A DNA stretch of 64,000 bases from Bacteroidia bacterium (GTDB lineage: Bacteria > Bacteroidota > Bacteroidia > NS11-12g > UBA955). The position numbers and the translations under genes are program-made. Location of the stretch: positions 28,308 to 92,307 of the forward strand of contig JBIISM010000003.1 of assembly GCA_044341025.1 (NCBI GenBank). The letters are read 5' to 3'. The notes below the pieces were generated by a model. It was not told the DNA's origin, did not search any database, and was given only the letters and a program-made list of their open reading frames with translations. Positions 11,017 to 20,937 of this stretch are shown piece after piece; the first letter of the stretch is position 1, and the number at the start of each line of letters is the position of its first letter.

Positions 11017-11895
11017 TTACATCCACAGGAAATTTACAATTCCTGCCACCAATAAAACTTTATAAACAGCATTAGCTGATTTGTATTTATTGTATTTTGT
11101 TAGCGTCAAAACAGAGACCAAACAAAACAACGTAAAGAGTATAAAATAATTACGCAACATTAACCCGTCGTGTAAGAGTATGCCCAAACCACCCGCTACT
11201 GACAATACAATTACAAAGTTTAAAAATGACTTGGCTTTATCTACGCCCAAAGAAACTGGCAATGACTGGATATTTAAAACCTTGTCGCCAGTGAAGTTGA
11301 TAAACTGCTTAACCAATTCTCTCCCGTAAACCAAACTGATATAAAATGCACCATAAATAAAAATGTATGGGTAAAACTTAGAATAATGCAATAAGACGGC
11401 AAAAAAACAAGTGATACTTAAGGCAGAAGCTGCTAGCTCTTTGATAAATGAAAGTCTTTGTAATTTATGCGAATACACCCACAAAGCAGAAATAAATCCG
11501 ATAAAAAACAAACCAATTTTTAGGGACGCAAAACACGCAATTAGAACTGCAATAACATTAAAAGCTATATAAAAATTAAGCGTTGTTTTCTTGCTAATCG
11601 ATTTGTTAAACAAGGTAGAATCAGGTCTGTTGATTAAGTCTTTTTCATAATCATAGAAATTATTGATAATAAAACCGCCTGCTATACTAAAAATTGATGA
11701 CACCACAATGGCATGGAGTTTCCAATCACCCAATACGAGTGAAAATGTATTTGAATCTGCGCGCATTAGCACATAAGCAGACAAATATTCAGCGAAAACA
11801 GTAAGTAAAATATTGTACCATCTAACAATAGACAACAAAGCAATAATTTTAATGGCTATTGGCTGCTTATCTTTAGAATGAGTCGCGCCAGACAT
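11017..11895 (-). CDS. UbiA-family prenyltransferase (geranylgeranylglyceryl-phosphate geranylgeranyltransferase-like)
   Basis: Polytopic; INNFYDYEKDLINRP Asp-rich motif I and RELVKQF..GD motif II; last gene of mevalonate operon. Confidence 0.8.
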   Translation of the reverse strand: MSGATHSKDKQPIAIKIIALLSIVRWYNILLTVFAEYLSAYVLMRADSNTFSLVLGDWKLHAIVVSSIFSIAGGFIINNFYDYEKDLINRPDSTLFNKSISKKTTLNFYIAFNVIAVLIACFASLKIGLFFIGFISALWVYSHKLQRLSFIKELAASALSITCFFAVLLHYSKFYPYIFIYGAFYISLVYGRELVKQFINFTGDKVLNIQSLPVSLGVDKAKSFLNFVIVLSVAGGLGILLHDGLMLRNYFILFTLFCLVSVLTLTKYNKYKSANAVYKVLLVAGIVNFLWM

Positions 11896-11901
11896 TTAAA
11901 T

Positions 11902-12846
11902 TTAGAATTTATAGATAACTTGTAATTGCTGATTTTTCAACTTCTTCGCTGCCTTTTCGAAGTCTTCTGTAAAACCTAAAATATAACCTCCACCGCCGCT
12001 GCCACATAATTTCAAATAGTATGAATTGCTGTCAATGCCTTCTTTCCATACCTTCTTATAATTTTCGGGGATCATTGGGCTGAAATTGTCATATACCAAT
12101 TGTGACAATTGTTTCAATGAATGAAACAAAGGCTTGAAATCCTTTTTCAAAAAGGCTTCAATGCACTCGTCGTTGTATTTTTTAAATTGGTTTTTAATCA
12201 AATGTCTAAAACCGTCTTGCTTACACTTCTCCAAAAATATAGAAACCATGTTTTGGGTTTGGCCAGGCAAGCCGCTGTCCATTAAGAATATAGCCCCTTT
12301 ACCAAACTCATTAGGACTAGGCAAACCAACTGTATCTAGCTGTGTTGCAGAATGTATTAGAACCGGTAAATTAAGGTAACATATTAAAGGATCTAATCCA
12401 GAGCTTTTGCCATGGAAAAAAGATTCTAACTTGCTAAAAGTTTGTTTAAGCAACAATATTTCATCGCCTTTTTGATTGGCTTCAATGCTAATTTTATCGG
12501 TGCAATAAGCATCGTACAAAGAAGCCACCAAAGCACCGCTGCTGCCTACTCCAAATCCTTGGGGAATGCTGCTGTCAAAATACAAGCCATTTTCGATGTC
12601 TGATTGTAAACGCTCAAAATTGAAATGACAACCCAATGTACCGGCTTGTTCTAAGTCTTTTAGATAGACATAAAACAACTGAATGTCTTTATTGGATTGA
12701 ACGGCAAAATCACCACCCTCTTTCGAAAGTTTTAAGACCCCGTTAAACTTATTAAATGGAATAGATAACCCTTTTGAATCTTCTATAATTCCATACTCTC
12801 CGAAAAGAAGTATTTTGGCATAGTATAAGGATTCTTTTAATTTCAT
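11902..12846 (-). CDS. mvk: Mevalonate kinase (GHMP family)
   Basis: AKILLFGEY, IPQGFGVGSSGAL, HGKSSGLD, KLCGSGGGG; start moved to the ATG at 12846, just after the mvaD stop. Confidence 0.85.
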   Translation of the reverse strand: MKLKESLYYAKILLFGEYGIIEDSKGLSIPFNKFNGVLKLSKEGGDFAVQSNKDIQLFYVYLKDLEQAGTLGCHFNFERLQSDIENGLYFDSSIPQGFGVGSSGALVASLYDAYCTDKISIEANQKGDEILLLKQTFSKLESFFHGKSSGLDPLICYLNLPVLIHSATQLDTVGLPSPNEFGKGAIFLMDSGLPGQTQNMVSIFLEKCKQDGFRHLIKNQFKKYNDECIEAFLKKDFKPLFHSLKQLSQLVYDNFSPMIPENYKKVWKEGIDSNSYYLKLCGSGGGGYILGFTEDFEKAAKKLKNQQLQVIYKF

Positions 12847-12848
12847 GT

Positions 12849-13895
12849 TTATTTTAATTCGGGACCTTTTCCAATGTGGTTGCAAAAGTAAGTCTGATTT
12901 TGACAAAATCCTATTAATTCATTCTTAACAAATTCTTGGATTTTAGCATCTTCTGACTTAGGGTTTAATAAATGAACATTGGCCCCGGCATCCAAGGTGA
13001 ACAACAAATGTAATCCCGTTTGGGTTCTGAAATCTTTTATTTTTTCTAAAACCGCTAAGGTATTGGGCTTCATAAGGATGAATGGTGTTGGAGAAGTCAT
13101 CATTAATGCATGCAACATCAATGCCTCTGCTTCAACCAGATGAATAAATCCATCTAAATCTCCTGACTTCAAAATATTCAATAATTTTCCGGTATTCTCT
13201 GCGGCCAAATGGTAACGGGTTCCGGCGAATGGATGCTGTTTTAGCAATGCATGTCCCGTAGTAGAAGAAACTGCCTTTTTGCCTTTTTCAATAATTAAAA
13301 TGGTGTCACTAAAATCTTTGAAATTGTGATGCACCAAATGGTCAATATTCACTGCAACTTCATCGCTGCTTCCTTCTAAAAATGGCGTTGAACCCCATAA
13401 ATTATAGCCGCCATAAACGCTTCTACTAGCGCTGCCTGAACCGATTCGGGCCCAATAAGATGCGGTACTGAAGAAATCTTCAAGCTTTTGGCCAGTTATT
13501 TTCTCATGTAAACTGCAAAGGCATAAAGCCATAGCACTGTATGCTGAGGCGGATGAAGCAATTCCACTGCTGTGTGGGAAAGTGTTAGAAGAACTAATTT
13601 CGATATGCAAATCATTCAACCATGCAAAATCGCGACTTGCCTTTTCCAAAAACGGTTTCAACTTTTCCTCAAAAACTTGATTCTTCTGGTTCTCAAATAA
13701 AAAATCAAGACTAATTCCATTGCTTTCAGATTTAGGACCTACTTTAAAATGGGTTTCAGTCGTTGCCTGATCGAGGGTAAAGCTGATAGATGGATTGGCG
13801 GGTAATTGCTCGCCGCGTTTACCCCAATATTTTACCAAAGCGATGTTTGAAGGGCTTTTCCAACAAACCGAGGCAGTTTCTTCTTGTATTGACAT
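12849..13895 (-). CDS. mvaD: Diphosphomevalonate decarboxylase family protein
   Basis: SPSNIALVKYWGK, GIASSAS, ARIGSGSASRS, FTLDAGANVH. Confidence 0.9.
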   Translation of the reverse strand: MSIQEETASVCWKSPSNIALVKYWGKRGEQLPANPSISFTLDQATTETHFKVGPKSESNGISLDFLFENQKNQVFEEKLKPFLEKASRDFAWLNDLHIEISSSNTFPHSSGIASSASAYSAMALCLCSLHEKITGQKLEDFFSTASYWARIGSGSASRSVYGGYNLWGSTPFLEGSSDEVAVNIDHLVHHNFKDFSDTILIIEKGKKAVSSTTGHALLKQHPFAGTRYHLAAENTGKLLNILKSGDLDGFIHLVEAEALMLHALMMTSPTPFILMKPNTLAVLEKIKDFRTQTGLHLLFTLDAGANVHLLNPKSEDAKIQEFVKNELIGFCQNQTYFCNHIGKGPELK

Positions 13896-14806
13896 TATAA
13901 TATTAAGTCGTTAAATGGAATAATTCTATGGTATCCTTTGTTTTTAAAGTAAGCCATTGTGTCTTCGCCAGTGGCCAAAACATAATCGCCACCCCAGGCA
14001 CCCAAACTTTTAACGGTGCCATTAAAGTCCTCAAATAGTTCTTGTTTTATGCTGGGCACTCCGAGCACTTGACTCATTTCGTTTTCTGCCAATTCAAGCA
14101 ACAGACAAAATTCAAAATAATCGTCGTTGATGCTGATTAATTTACTAATCCGCGTTATTTGCGCAACTTGAGGAGGTAGCATATTGTGCCTGTAATTGGC
14201 AATTTGCTGGCGGCTGTTTTGTTTTTTATTCAAATGAACAAAATACAATTTATCTCTAAACGGTTTGTTCCATTCCAATGTTTCTATAATGGGATCAGAG
14301 CCGTTCATGGTGTACAACAATGGTTTGCCTTCTTGAGCCACTGCAACATCAAAGCCACTGCCTTTAAATGCATTAAAATGCAAAGAAAATGGATTGATCT
14401 TCGCCCACTGTGCAATGTTGTTGGTGAGGGTTGAGCTGCTGCCCAGACCTTCGTCGTTGTCGAATTCTAAATTTGTTATTACCCGTACATCCTTGCCCTC
14501 ACTTAGAAAGTTTGGATTTAAAGCCTTGGCATTTATAAGAAACCTCAACAATTGAATCGATATGTCTTGATCGGTGTATTCTAAAACAATAAAATAAGGA
14601 AGTGCAATTTTGGCTTGAAACCATACATCGCCATTTTTGTTGATTGCTTTCCAAGATAAGACCGGTGAATCAGATAGACTTCCAACTTCAACGTGCAATG
14701 ATTGACCTGATTTTGTAGGCAGCGCAAAGGCACTCGCTCCATTTAACACGGCATATTCGCCGCATACCATTAATTTTCCGTGGCTATAAAACGTCTGCGA
14801 ACTCAA
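13895..14806 (-). CDS. GYDIA-family GHMP kinase (candidate phosphomevalonate kinase)
   Basis: GKLMVCGEYAVL, GLGSSSTL, GSGFDVA (variant of GSGYDIA), KSLGAWGGD. Confidence 0.8.
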   Translation of the reverse strand: MSSQTFYSHGKLMVCGEYAVLNGASAFALPTKSGQSLHVEVGSLSDSPVLSWKAINKNGDVWFQAKIALPYFIVLEYTDQDISIQLLRFLINAKALNPNFLSEGKDVRVITNLEFDNDEGLGSSSTLTNNIAQWAKINPFSLHFNAFKGSGFDVAVAQEGKPLLYTMNGSDPIIETLEWNKPFRDKLYFVHLNKKQNSRQQIANYRHNMLPPQVAQITRISKLISINDDYFEFCLLLELAENEMSQVLGVPSIKQELFEDFNGTVKSLGAWGGDYVLATGEDTMAYFKNKGYHRIIPFNDLIL

Positions 14807-16164
14807 TGTCCCTCTTTGTTTTTAATTCCTGATACCGCTGGAACCTCTATGCCTCTTATTTTACAAAATATTTCGACGGTTGAACTGTAGCTTACAATCT
14901 TGTCTTTGAAATACTCAACAATTTGAACCTTTTCTGAATCAGTTGCTTCAAGCTGGTTCAATATATTTAACAAATGCATTTTCATATGGCCCTTTTGAAT
15001 GCCAGAAGTAACCAATGAACGTAAAGCAGAAAAGTTTTGCGCCAAACCAACCACAGCGGCCACTTTCATCAATTCGTTTGCATTCGGATTTCCCAATAAT
15101 TTTAAAGCAAATTTAACCATAGGGTGCAAGCCTGTTAAGCCCCCTACTGTCCCCAAAGCCAAAGGAATATCCAATCTAAAAATAAACTCCCCGTCTTTAA
15201 TTTCAGCATGGGTTAAACTTCTATATTGTCCACTGCGTGAAGCGTAAGTATGTGCACTGGCTTCAACGGCTCTGAAATCATTTCCAGTTGCAATCACCAC
15301 ACTGTCTACTCCATTCATAATACCTTTGTTGTGCGTGGTTGCTCTGTATGGCTCAATTTCAGCGATACGCACCGCACGGCAAAATTTCTCAGCGAATTCC
15401 AAGCCACTCATTTCATTGCCATCCGCCAAACTTTCCAAAGGCGCTCTCACTTCAGCACGCACCAAACAATTCGGTGTGTAGTTGCTTAAAATGCACATCA
15501 CCACTTGGATTTGCTTTTCCTCTTCAGTTAGTAAATCTGTATTTTCAATTTCAGATTTTAAAATTTTAGCAAACTCTTCAAGTACTGAATTGATAAAGTT
15601 CGCACCCATGCTATCGCAAGTGTCAAAGGTTGCATGTATCTGGTAATAACCAGGCTCAAGAGAGGTTTTATCCACCAACTGAATATCCAAAATTCCACCA
15701 CCGCGCAGTTGCATGTTTTTGGTGATGTGTTCGGTATGGCTGTAGAATTTGTCCTTTATAGAATTAAAAAAGGTAAATAATTTTTCGGAAGACTTGCCTT
15801 CCCAAATAAAGTGCACGTGACCAACCTTTTGAACATCGATGATCTGGGTATGGAAGCCACCGCGTTCCAACCAAAAGTTGGCAGACTTAGCAGCTGCTGC
15901 AACCACCGAGCTTTCTTCAATAGCCATTGGTATGCAGTACATTTTACCATCAATTAAAAAGTTAGGCGCTATACCAAAGGGTAAATAAAAATTGCTGATG
16001 GTATTTTCGATAAACTCATCGTGCAGTTTTTGAACATTGCTGTCGTTGTTCCAATAACTTTTTAGAAAGTCTATCGATTCTGCATCATCGCCGATATAAT
16101 TGGCAACTATCCATTCAATTTTAGCTTCTTTACTAAGCTTAGAAAACCCTTTAATACTTGACAT
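14803..16164 (-). CDS. mvaA: Class II hydroxymethylglutaryl-CoA reductase
   Basis: IENTI, MAIEESSVVAA, DSMGANF, ATTHNKGIMNG, GIQKGHMKMH. Confidence 0.92.
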   Translation of the reverse strand: MSSIKGFSKLSKEAKIEWIVANYIGDDAESIDFLKSYWNNDSNVQKLHDEFIENTISNFYLPFGIAPNFLIDGKMYCIPMAIEESSVVAAAAKSANFWLERGGFHTQIIDVQKVGHVHFIWEGKSSEKLFTFFNSIKDKFYSHTEHITKNMQLRGGGILDIQLVDKTSLEPGYYQIHATFDTCDSMGANFINSVLEEFAKILKSEIENTDLLTEEEKQIQVVMCILSNYTPNCLVRAEVRAPLESLADGNEMSGLEFAEKFCRAVRIAEIEPYRATTHNKGIMNGVDSVVIATGNDFRAVEASAHTYASRSGQYRSLTHAEIKDGEFIFRLDIPLALGTVGGLTGLHPMVKFALKLLGNPNANELMKVAAVVGLAQNFSALRSLVTSGIQKGHMKMHLLNILNQLEATDSEKVQIVEYFKDKIVSYSSTVEIFCKIRGIEVPAVSGIKNKEGH

Positions 16165-16205
16165 TTCTTTTACTTGATCTTTATGTTTGGCCCTATCGCT
16201 AGAGA

Positions 16206-17228
16206 TTAATCCTTAATTTGTAAATACTGGTAGCAGGTTTGTAAACCCTTGCGTTGTAATTCGCAGTATGCTTGCAATTCTGCATATTCGCCCGTAGCAT
16301 GTTTCAAAAACGCTGACGCTTGCGCATATATGGCATTGGTTTTGGCTTTTTTCAAAAGATAATATCCATCCAAATACGTTTGAATTCCACCACTGATTAT
16401 GATGTTCTTACATAAGGCTTGTGAACCCAATTCGTCAATTGCTTTGTTTGCAAAATTGAGCATTTCTGAAGCAGCGTGGCCGATATGTGTTAAAGGATCC
16501 AATTGTTTTTTGGTTTCTTCCTCTTGTCTATACAATTCCAATGTTGCAAAATTAGTCCCTCCGTGTGCGGCAAACTCTATGGCTTCGATTGGCAGTTTAA
16601 ATAATTCTACAAACGAACGCGGACCAAAGCCTTGTCCAACTTCCTTAACGATGATTTTACAATCCAAAACATCCAACAAACGCTTGATGGTGTCTATTGG
16701 GGCAAAGCGGATATGATCGCCTTCGGGTTGCAGCCATTCTTGCAGTGGATTAACGTGCACGATTAAACCGTCGGCTTGTAAACTATTCACCAATTCCTTT
16801 ATGGCAGGCACTTGTCCAGCCTCTAACATTTCTTCAATTTGAGCGATGCCTAAATTGGCAAACAAGGGTTGATTGCCCATAAATGGACGCACATTGAAAT
16901 CGTTGAAATACGACTTGTCTTTTAATATGATGCGGCAACTTCCCAGGCCTAAACCCATGCCAAATTCAGCACAAGCCATGGCCAAATTTTTATTGATTTT
17001 ACCAGCCAATTCAGTTCCCCCAGTCATGCTGCTGATCCACAATGGCAGTGCAAGTGACTTATTTGCAAAATTGGTTTTTGGTATGCTATCTTGCTTGGGA
17101 TGCGGCGCTAAAAATGGTTCGTAGTAAAACCGCTCATCCCTTTCTAGGGTTTGAGAAAGAAAGGCCAAATCGATGTGGTCTTTTTTGCGTTTAGATGTTT
17201 GATGGGTGTCCAAAGCTGATTGATGCAC
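16206..17228 (-). CDS. fni: Type 2 (FMN-dependent) isopentenyl-diphosphate delta-isomerase
   Basis: RKKDHI, SSMTGG, HVNPLQE..QPEGD, VKEVGQG, GGTNF; GTG start. Confidence 0.9.
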   Translation of the reverse strand: MHQSALDTHQTSKRKKDHIDLAFLSQTLERDERFYYEPFLAPHPKQDSIPKTNFANKSLALPLWISSMTGGTELAGKINKNLAMACAEFGMGLGLGSCRIILKDKSYFNDFNVRPFMGNQPLFANLGIAQIEEMLEAGQVPAIKELVNSLQADGLIVHVNPLQEWLQPEGDHIRFAPIDTIKRLLDVLDCKIIVKEVGQGFGPRSFVELFKLPIEAIEFAAHGGTNFATLELYRQEEETKKQLDPLTHIGHAASEMLNFANKAIDELGSQALCKNIIISGGIQTYLDGYYLLKKAKTNAIYAQASAFLKHATGEYAELQAYCELQRKGLQTCYQYLQIKD

Positions 17229-17366
17229 CTTAAGGTAACCACAAAGATACGATTTTGTTTTAAAATTCGCCTTTTTTGCTTGGATAACAGTGAATTAAGA
17301 CATTATTATTCGGTCAAATTAGCTGAATTAAACAATAATAAATACCCTTTTGCAGCGCAAAATAAT

Positions 17367-19808
17367 TTAGTCTTTCAGACCCATGGTCTTTAAAACCGCT
17401 TGTTGCTCTTCACTCAACTTGCTGATTTCAGTTTGAAGGATTTTATTTTCAGGTTCACCTTTTTTCAATTCTTTCAAGACATCGGCACAAGGACCAGCCA
17501 ATCTGCTGTTGTAGGTCACACAAGCATCCAACAAGTTTCTTGCTATTTGCTCATCCAAGAAGCCCAAACGTTTTAAAGCATTGGCTGCATTGACACGGGT
17601 TCTAAACTCATAGTTAGCACCGCACAACATCACCAAATCATTTTTATAAAGTTCGTTTAATCCTGGATCGTAAATATTCATAACTGCATACTCCAACCAT
17701 TTGCAGCGGATGTTGTTGTTTTGTCCATCCAAAAACTCCGTTAATTTCAAGTATTTTACTTTCTCTTTTTGATCAATGTCTTTGCATTTCATCAATTTAT
17801 CCAAAGCATTTTCTGCCACAACATTGCTGCTGTCTTTTAACAACAATTCAAAAATTGCTTTTTGTTCCATCACGGTAGTATCGGCAGCAATAAATGAATT
17901 TTTCACTTCAGCTTTGCTGTCTTTTACCACCATTATGTACCATTTGTTAAGCGACTTCTGATTGGCCAATTGCTTGGCAATTTCAGCGCGAATGGCAGGG
18001 TGTTTTTCAGCGACAAAACGGGCTTGCAATAAAGCCAATTTTTCTTTTAAAGGAATGTCTTTCATGCCTACAACGGCATCGTAACGGTCTATCATATGCT
18101 TGGCTTTTACCGCTTGTGTAAATAGCTCAGCATTTGATTTTTTGAAATCCATTTTCTTCATCACTTTATTTTCTTCATCAAACAAAGTGAATTCAACTTC
18201 AGCACCACTGGTGTTAGGAATGGCAATGGTTTGGCTTGCACTGTCTATTACCCAAATGGTTTTGCGTTCTACACTTCCATTTTTGTAATAAATAGCAAAA
18301 TCAACTGGCATTTTGAAGTAACGCACATGGCCATCAACTTTATGGGTTTGTTGGATATTAAATGTAATTGTTTTGTTGTTAAAAGTAGAACTTACTTTGT
18401 AATGAGGCTCTCCACCGCGGTGTATCCATTGGTCGAAAAACCAATCGTAGTTTAAACCCAATTTGTCTTTCAAAGCTTTTTGAAAATCCCATGACTCCAC
18501 ATTTTTAAATCCGTTAACGGCTAAGTAATGTTGAATAAAACGCGTGAAATTTTCTTCACCCAATTGGTAGCGCAACATGCCCAAAACGGCTGAGCCTTTA
18601 GGGTATAAACGGGTGGTTCCACCTTTGGTGTGTCTTACAGGGTAATTGTCTTTTTCACTTTGCGCCAAAGCAGAATTGTATTCTCCGCGCATAGCCCATT
18701 GGTAGGCGTCTTCGCCTTCCAAACTTCTGAAGAACAATTTAGGAAAAAATGTAGCGAAGCTTTCTTGCAACCACACATCACTTCCACCACGGGCAGTAAT
18801 CAAGTCACCAAACCATTGGTGGGTCAATTCGTGGCAATTTACGCCCATGTAATTGCGGTCTTTAAAACCACGGGCATCGGTGGTAAAGAAATCGCCGAAT
18901 ATGGTTGCTGAAGTATTTTCCATTGCACCATATAAGAAGTTTTGTACCATGATTTGAGAATAGGTTCCCCAAGCATAAGGTGTACCAGTGGCATCTTCTA
19001 ACAATTCGATCATGCGCTCGGTGTGCATGCTGGTGTATTCAACACGGTCTTTAAATTCTGGGTAATACCAAAATTGAACCGGCGTTCCGCGTTTGGTCTT
19101 CGTTTCTTTAATATCGTATACACCTATGCCTAGCATCAATAAATAGCCAGCATGTGGTTTTTCCATTACATAATGCCAAGTGCTGCTGCCATTGCCATTG
19201 TCGGTTTGCGCAATCTTTTTTCCATTAGACAAACACTTGTATTTGTTTTCGATACTCACCACTGTTTCGGTGGTAAACTTATCGTTCATGCAATCGTACA
19301 TCGGAATCCAATGGCGGTTGTCTATGCCTTGACCTTGGGTCCAAATTTGTTTGCGTATATAATTGATATCCGGTGTGCCTGTATTTTCAGCTTGGTTCCA
19401 ACCAATAAAATAAATTCCTTTTTTAGGCAATGCTGTGTATTCGAAAACCACCGAATGGTATTCATCCCAATTCAGTTTTTTTGCAAAACGCAAAACCACC
19501 CCTTCTGGGTTGATGCTGAATGGCACTGGATTTCCGTCCATGCTGGCACTTTTTATTTGAATGCCTGGGGCATCAAAAAACAAAGTATCAATGTTGTTTT
19601 GCAGGGTTGTGAAACTATGGGTTACTTTACCAATGACTTTACCGGCACTAGGCTCAAAACTTACTTCCACTTTCATGTGGGCAATGTCGACACTGTGCTG
19701 ACGCTCGGCGGCATCAGGATCGGCCAAATAATGAATATGTGGCAATTCGGTTTGAGCGCTTATGCTGAATAGACAAGCTGAAAAAAGGAAAGTAAATAAT
19801 CTTTTCAT
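17367..19808 (-). CDS. M1 family aminopeptidase with signal peptide and C-terminal HEAT-like repeats
   Basis: GAMEN and HELTHQWFGD...E zinc motifs; start moved to MKRLFTF (19808) because a TATTTTTG -7 box lies just upstream. Confidence 0.88.
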   Translation of the reverse strand: MKRLFTFLFSACLFSISAQTELPHIHYLADPDAAERQHSVDIAHMKVEVSFEPSAGKVIGKVTHSFTTLQNNIDTLFFDAPGIQIKSASMDGNPVPFSINPEGVVLRFAKKLNWDEYHSVVFEYTALPKKGIYFIGWNQAENTGTPDINYIRKQIWTQGQGIDNRHWIPMYDCMNDKFTTETVVSIENKYKCLSNGKKIAQTDNGNGSSTWHYVMEKPHAGYLLMLGIGVYDIKETKTKRGTPVQFWYYPEFKDRVEYTSMHTERMIELLEDATGTPYAWGTYSQIMVQNFLYGAMENTSATIFGDFFTTDARGFKDRNYMGVNCHELTHQWFGDLITARGGSDVWLQESFATFFPKLFFRSLEGEDAYQWAMRGEYNSALAQSEKDNYPVRHTKGGTTRLYPKGSAVLGMLRYQLGEENFTRFIQHYLAVNGFKNVESWDFQKALKDKLGLNYDWFFDQWIHRGGEPHYKVSSTFNNKTITFNIQQTHKVDGHVRYFKMPVDFAIYYKNGSVERKTIWVIDSASQTIAIPNTSGAEVEFTLFDEENKVMKKMDFKKSNAELFTQAVKAKHMIDRYDAVVGMKDIPLKEKLALLQARFVAEKHPAIRAEIAKQLANQKSLNKWYIMVVKDSKAEVKNSFIAADTTVMEQKAIFELLLKDSSNVVAENALDKLMKCKDIDQKEKVKYLKLTEFLDGQNNNIRCKWLEYAVMNIYDPGLNELYKNDLVMLCGANYEFRTRVNAANALKRLGFLDEQIARNLLDACVTYNSRLAGPCADVLKELKKGEPENKILQTEISKLSEEQQAVLKTMGLKD

Positions 19809-19974
19809 GTGCTGAATTAAAAAAAGCAAAAATAGGGGAAAAAGTAAGACCGACAAAATGAGAGTGAATGATAGCCAATGCGAAATGCCAAGCATGTAAG
19901 TCACTGCATTCAAAAGATGTATAATTTCAATTTATAAACAAGGGCATGCATCTGCAACAAATTTATAAAATCAA

Positions 19975-20901
19975 TTATCGGTAAATCCCGAAGCTCTTTA
20001 CCCCATCAATATTGATGGAGGCACGGTACATACCTTCGCTGTTAAATGGCATTTCAATATTGCCTTTGGCGTCGATGGCCACCAAGCCACCTTCACCACC
20101 AATTTTTACCAATTTGTCCATTACCACAATGTTACAAGCCTTTTTTAGCGTAAGGCCTTTGTATTCCATTAAACAGCTGATGTCATAAGCCACCACAGCG
20201 CGTAAAAACAATTCGCCGTGACCGGTACAACTTATTGCGCAGGTATGGTTGTTGGCATACGTACCAGAACCAATAACAGGTGAGTCGCCTATTCGTCCGA
20301 ATTGTTTGTTGGTCATGCCCCCGGTGCTGGTTGCTGCTGCAATGTTTCCAAAACTATCCAATGCCACGGCACCAACGGTGCCCATTTTGTTGCCAGGATT
20401 GGCACTGTGATCGAGTTGATAATTGCTACTGTCTTTCAAGTCTAGCCACTGTTTGTAACGTTGTTCGGTGTAAAAATAATCATCATTGGCAAACTCGATT
20501 CCTACAGATTTTGCAAAGGCGGCTGCTCCATCTCCTGCCATCATCACATGGGCCGATTGGGTCATTACTGCTTGCGCAAGAAGTATAGGATTCTTAATGT
20601 TTTTTACCCCTGCAACAGTTCCCGCCATTAGGTCTACACCCTGCATGATGGCTGCATCCATTTCATGTTTACCAATATGGTTAAACACGGCACCCTTTCC
20701 GGCATTAAATAAGGAATAATTTTCCAATTCCACAACCGCTGCAGCCACAGCCTCGGTGGCTGAACCATTGGCTAAAAGAACTTTATTTCCGGCAGAAAGG
20801 GCCAAATCAAGGCCTTGTAAATACGCTTTCTCCAATTCAGGGGTCAACAAATCAGGGGCAATGGTTCCCGCTCCTCCGTGCAGTGCAATGGCGTGTGGCA
20901 T
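19975..20901 (-). CDS. iaaA: Isoaspartyl peptidase / plant-type L-asparaginase
   Basis: IALHGGAG, FNAGKG, GTVGAVA autoproteolysis site, STGGMTNK..GRIGDSP. Confidence 0.93.
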   Translation of the reverse strand: MPHAIALHGGAGTIAPDLLTPELEKAYLQGLDLALSAGNKVLLANGSATEAVAAAVVELENYSLFNAGKGAVFNHIGKHEMDAAIMQGVDLMAGTVAGVKNIKNPILLAQAVMTQSAHVMMAGDGAAAFAKSVGIEFANDDYFYTEQRYKQWLDLKDSSNYQLDHSANPGNKMGTVGAVALDSFGNIAAATSTGGMTNKQFGRIGDSPVIGSGTYANNHTCAISCTGHGELFLRAVVAYDISCLMEYKGLTLKKACNIVVMDKLVKIGGEGGLVAIDAKGNIEMPFNSEGMYRASINIDGVKSFGIYR

Positions 20902-20908
20902 AGGGGAG

Positions 20909-20916
20909 CAAAGGTA
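20909..20916 (-). promoter_or_regulatory. Bacteroidota sigma-A -7 box (TACCTTTG) for iaaA
   Basis: Matches TAnnTTTG, 7 nt upstream of the ATG. Confidence 0.6.
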
Positions 20917-20937
20917 AGGATTTTAAGGATTAAGAGA

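Noticed and set aside
19152-19772. 206-aa antisense ORF and the many other shadow ORFs in the track
   Set aside because: Lie opposite or out of frame within well-supported conserved genes and show no motifs.
19809-19913. Hydrophobic 35-aa N-terminal extension of the aminopeptidase
   Set aside because: T-rich promoter DNA containing the TATTTTTG -7 box; MKRLFTF gives a normal signal peptide.
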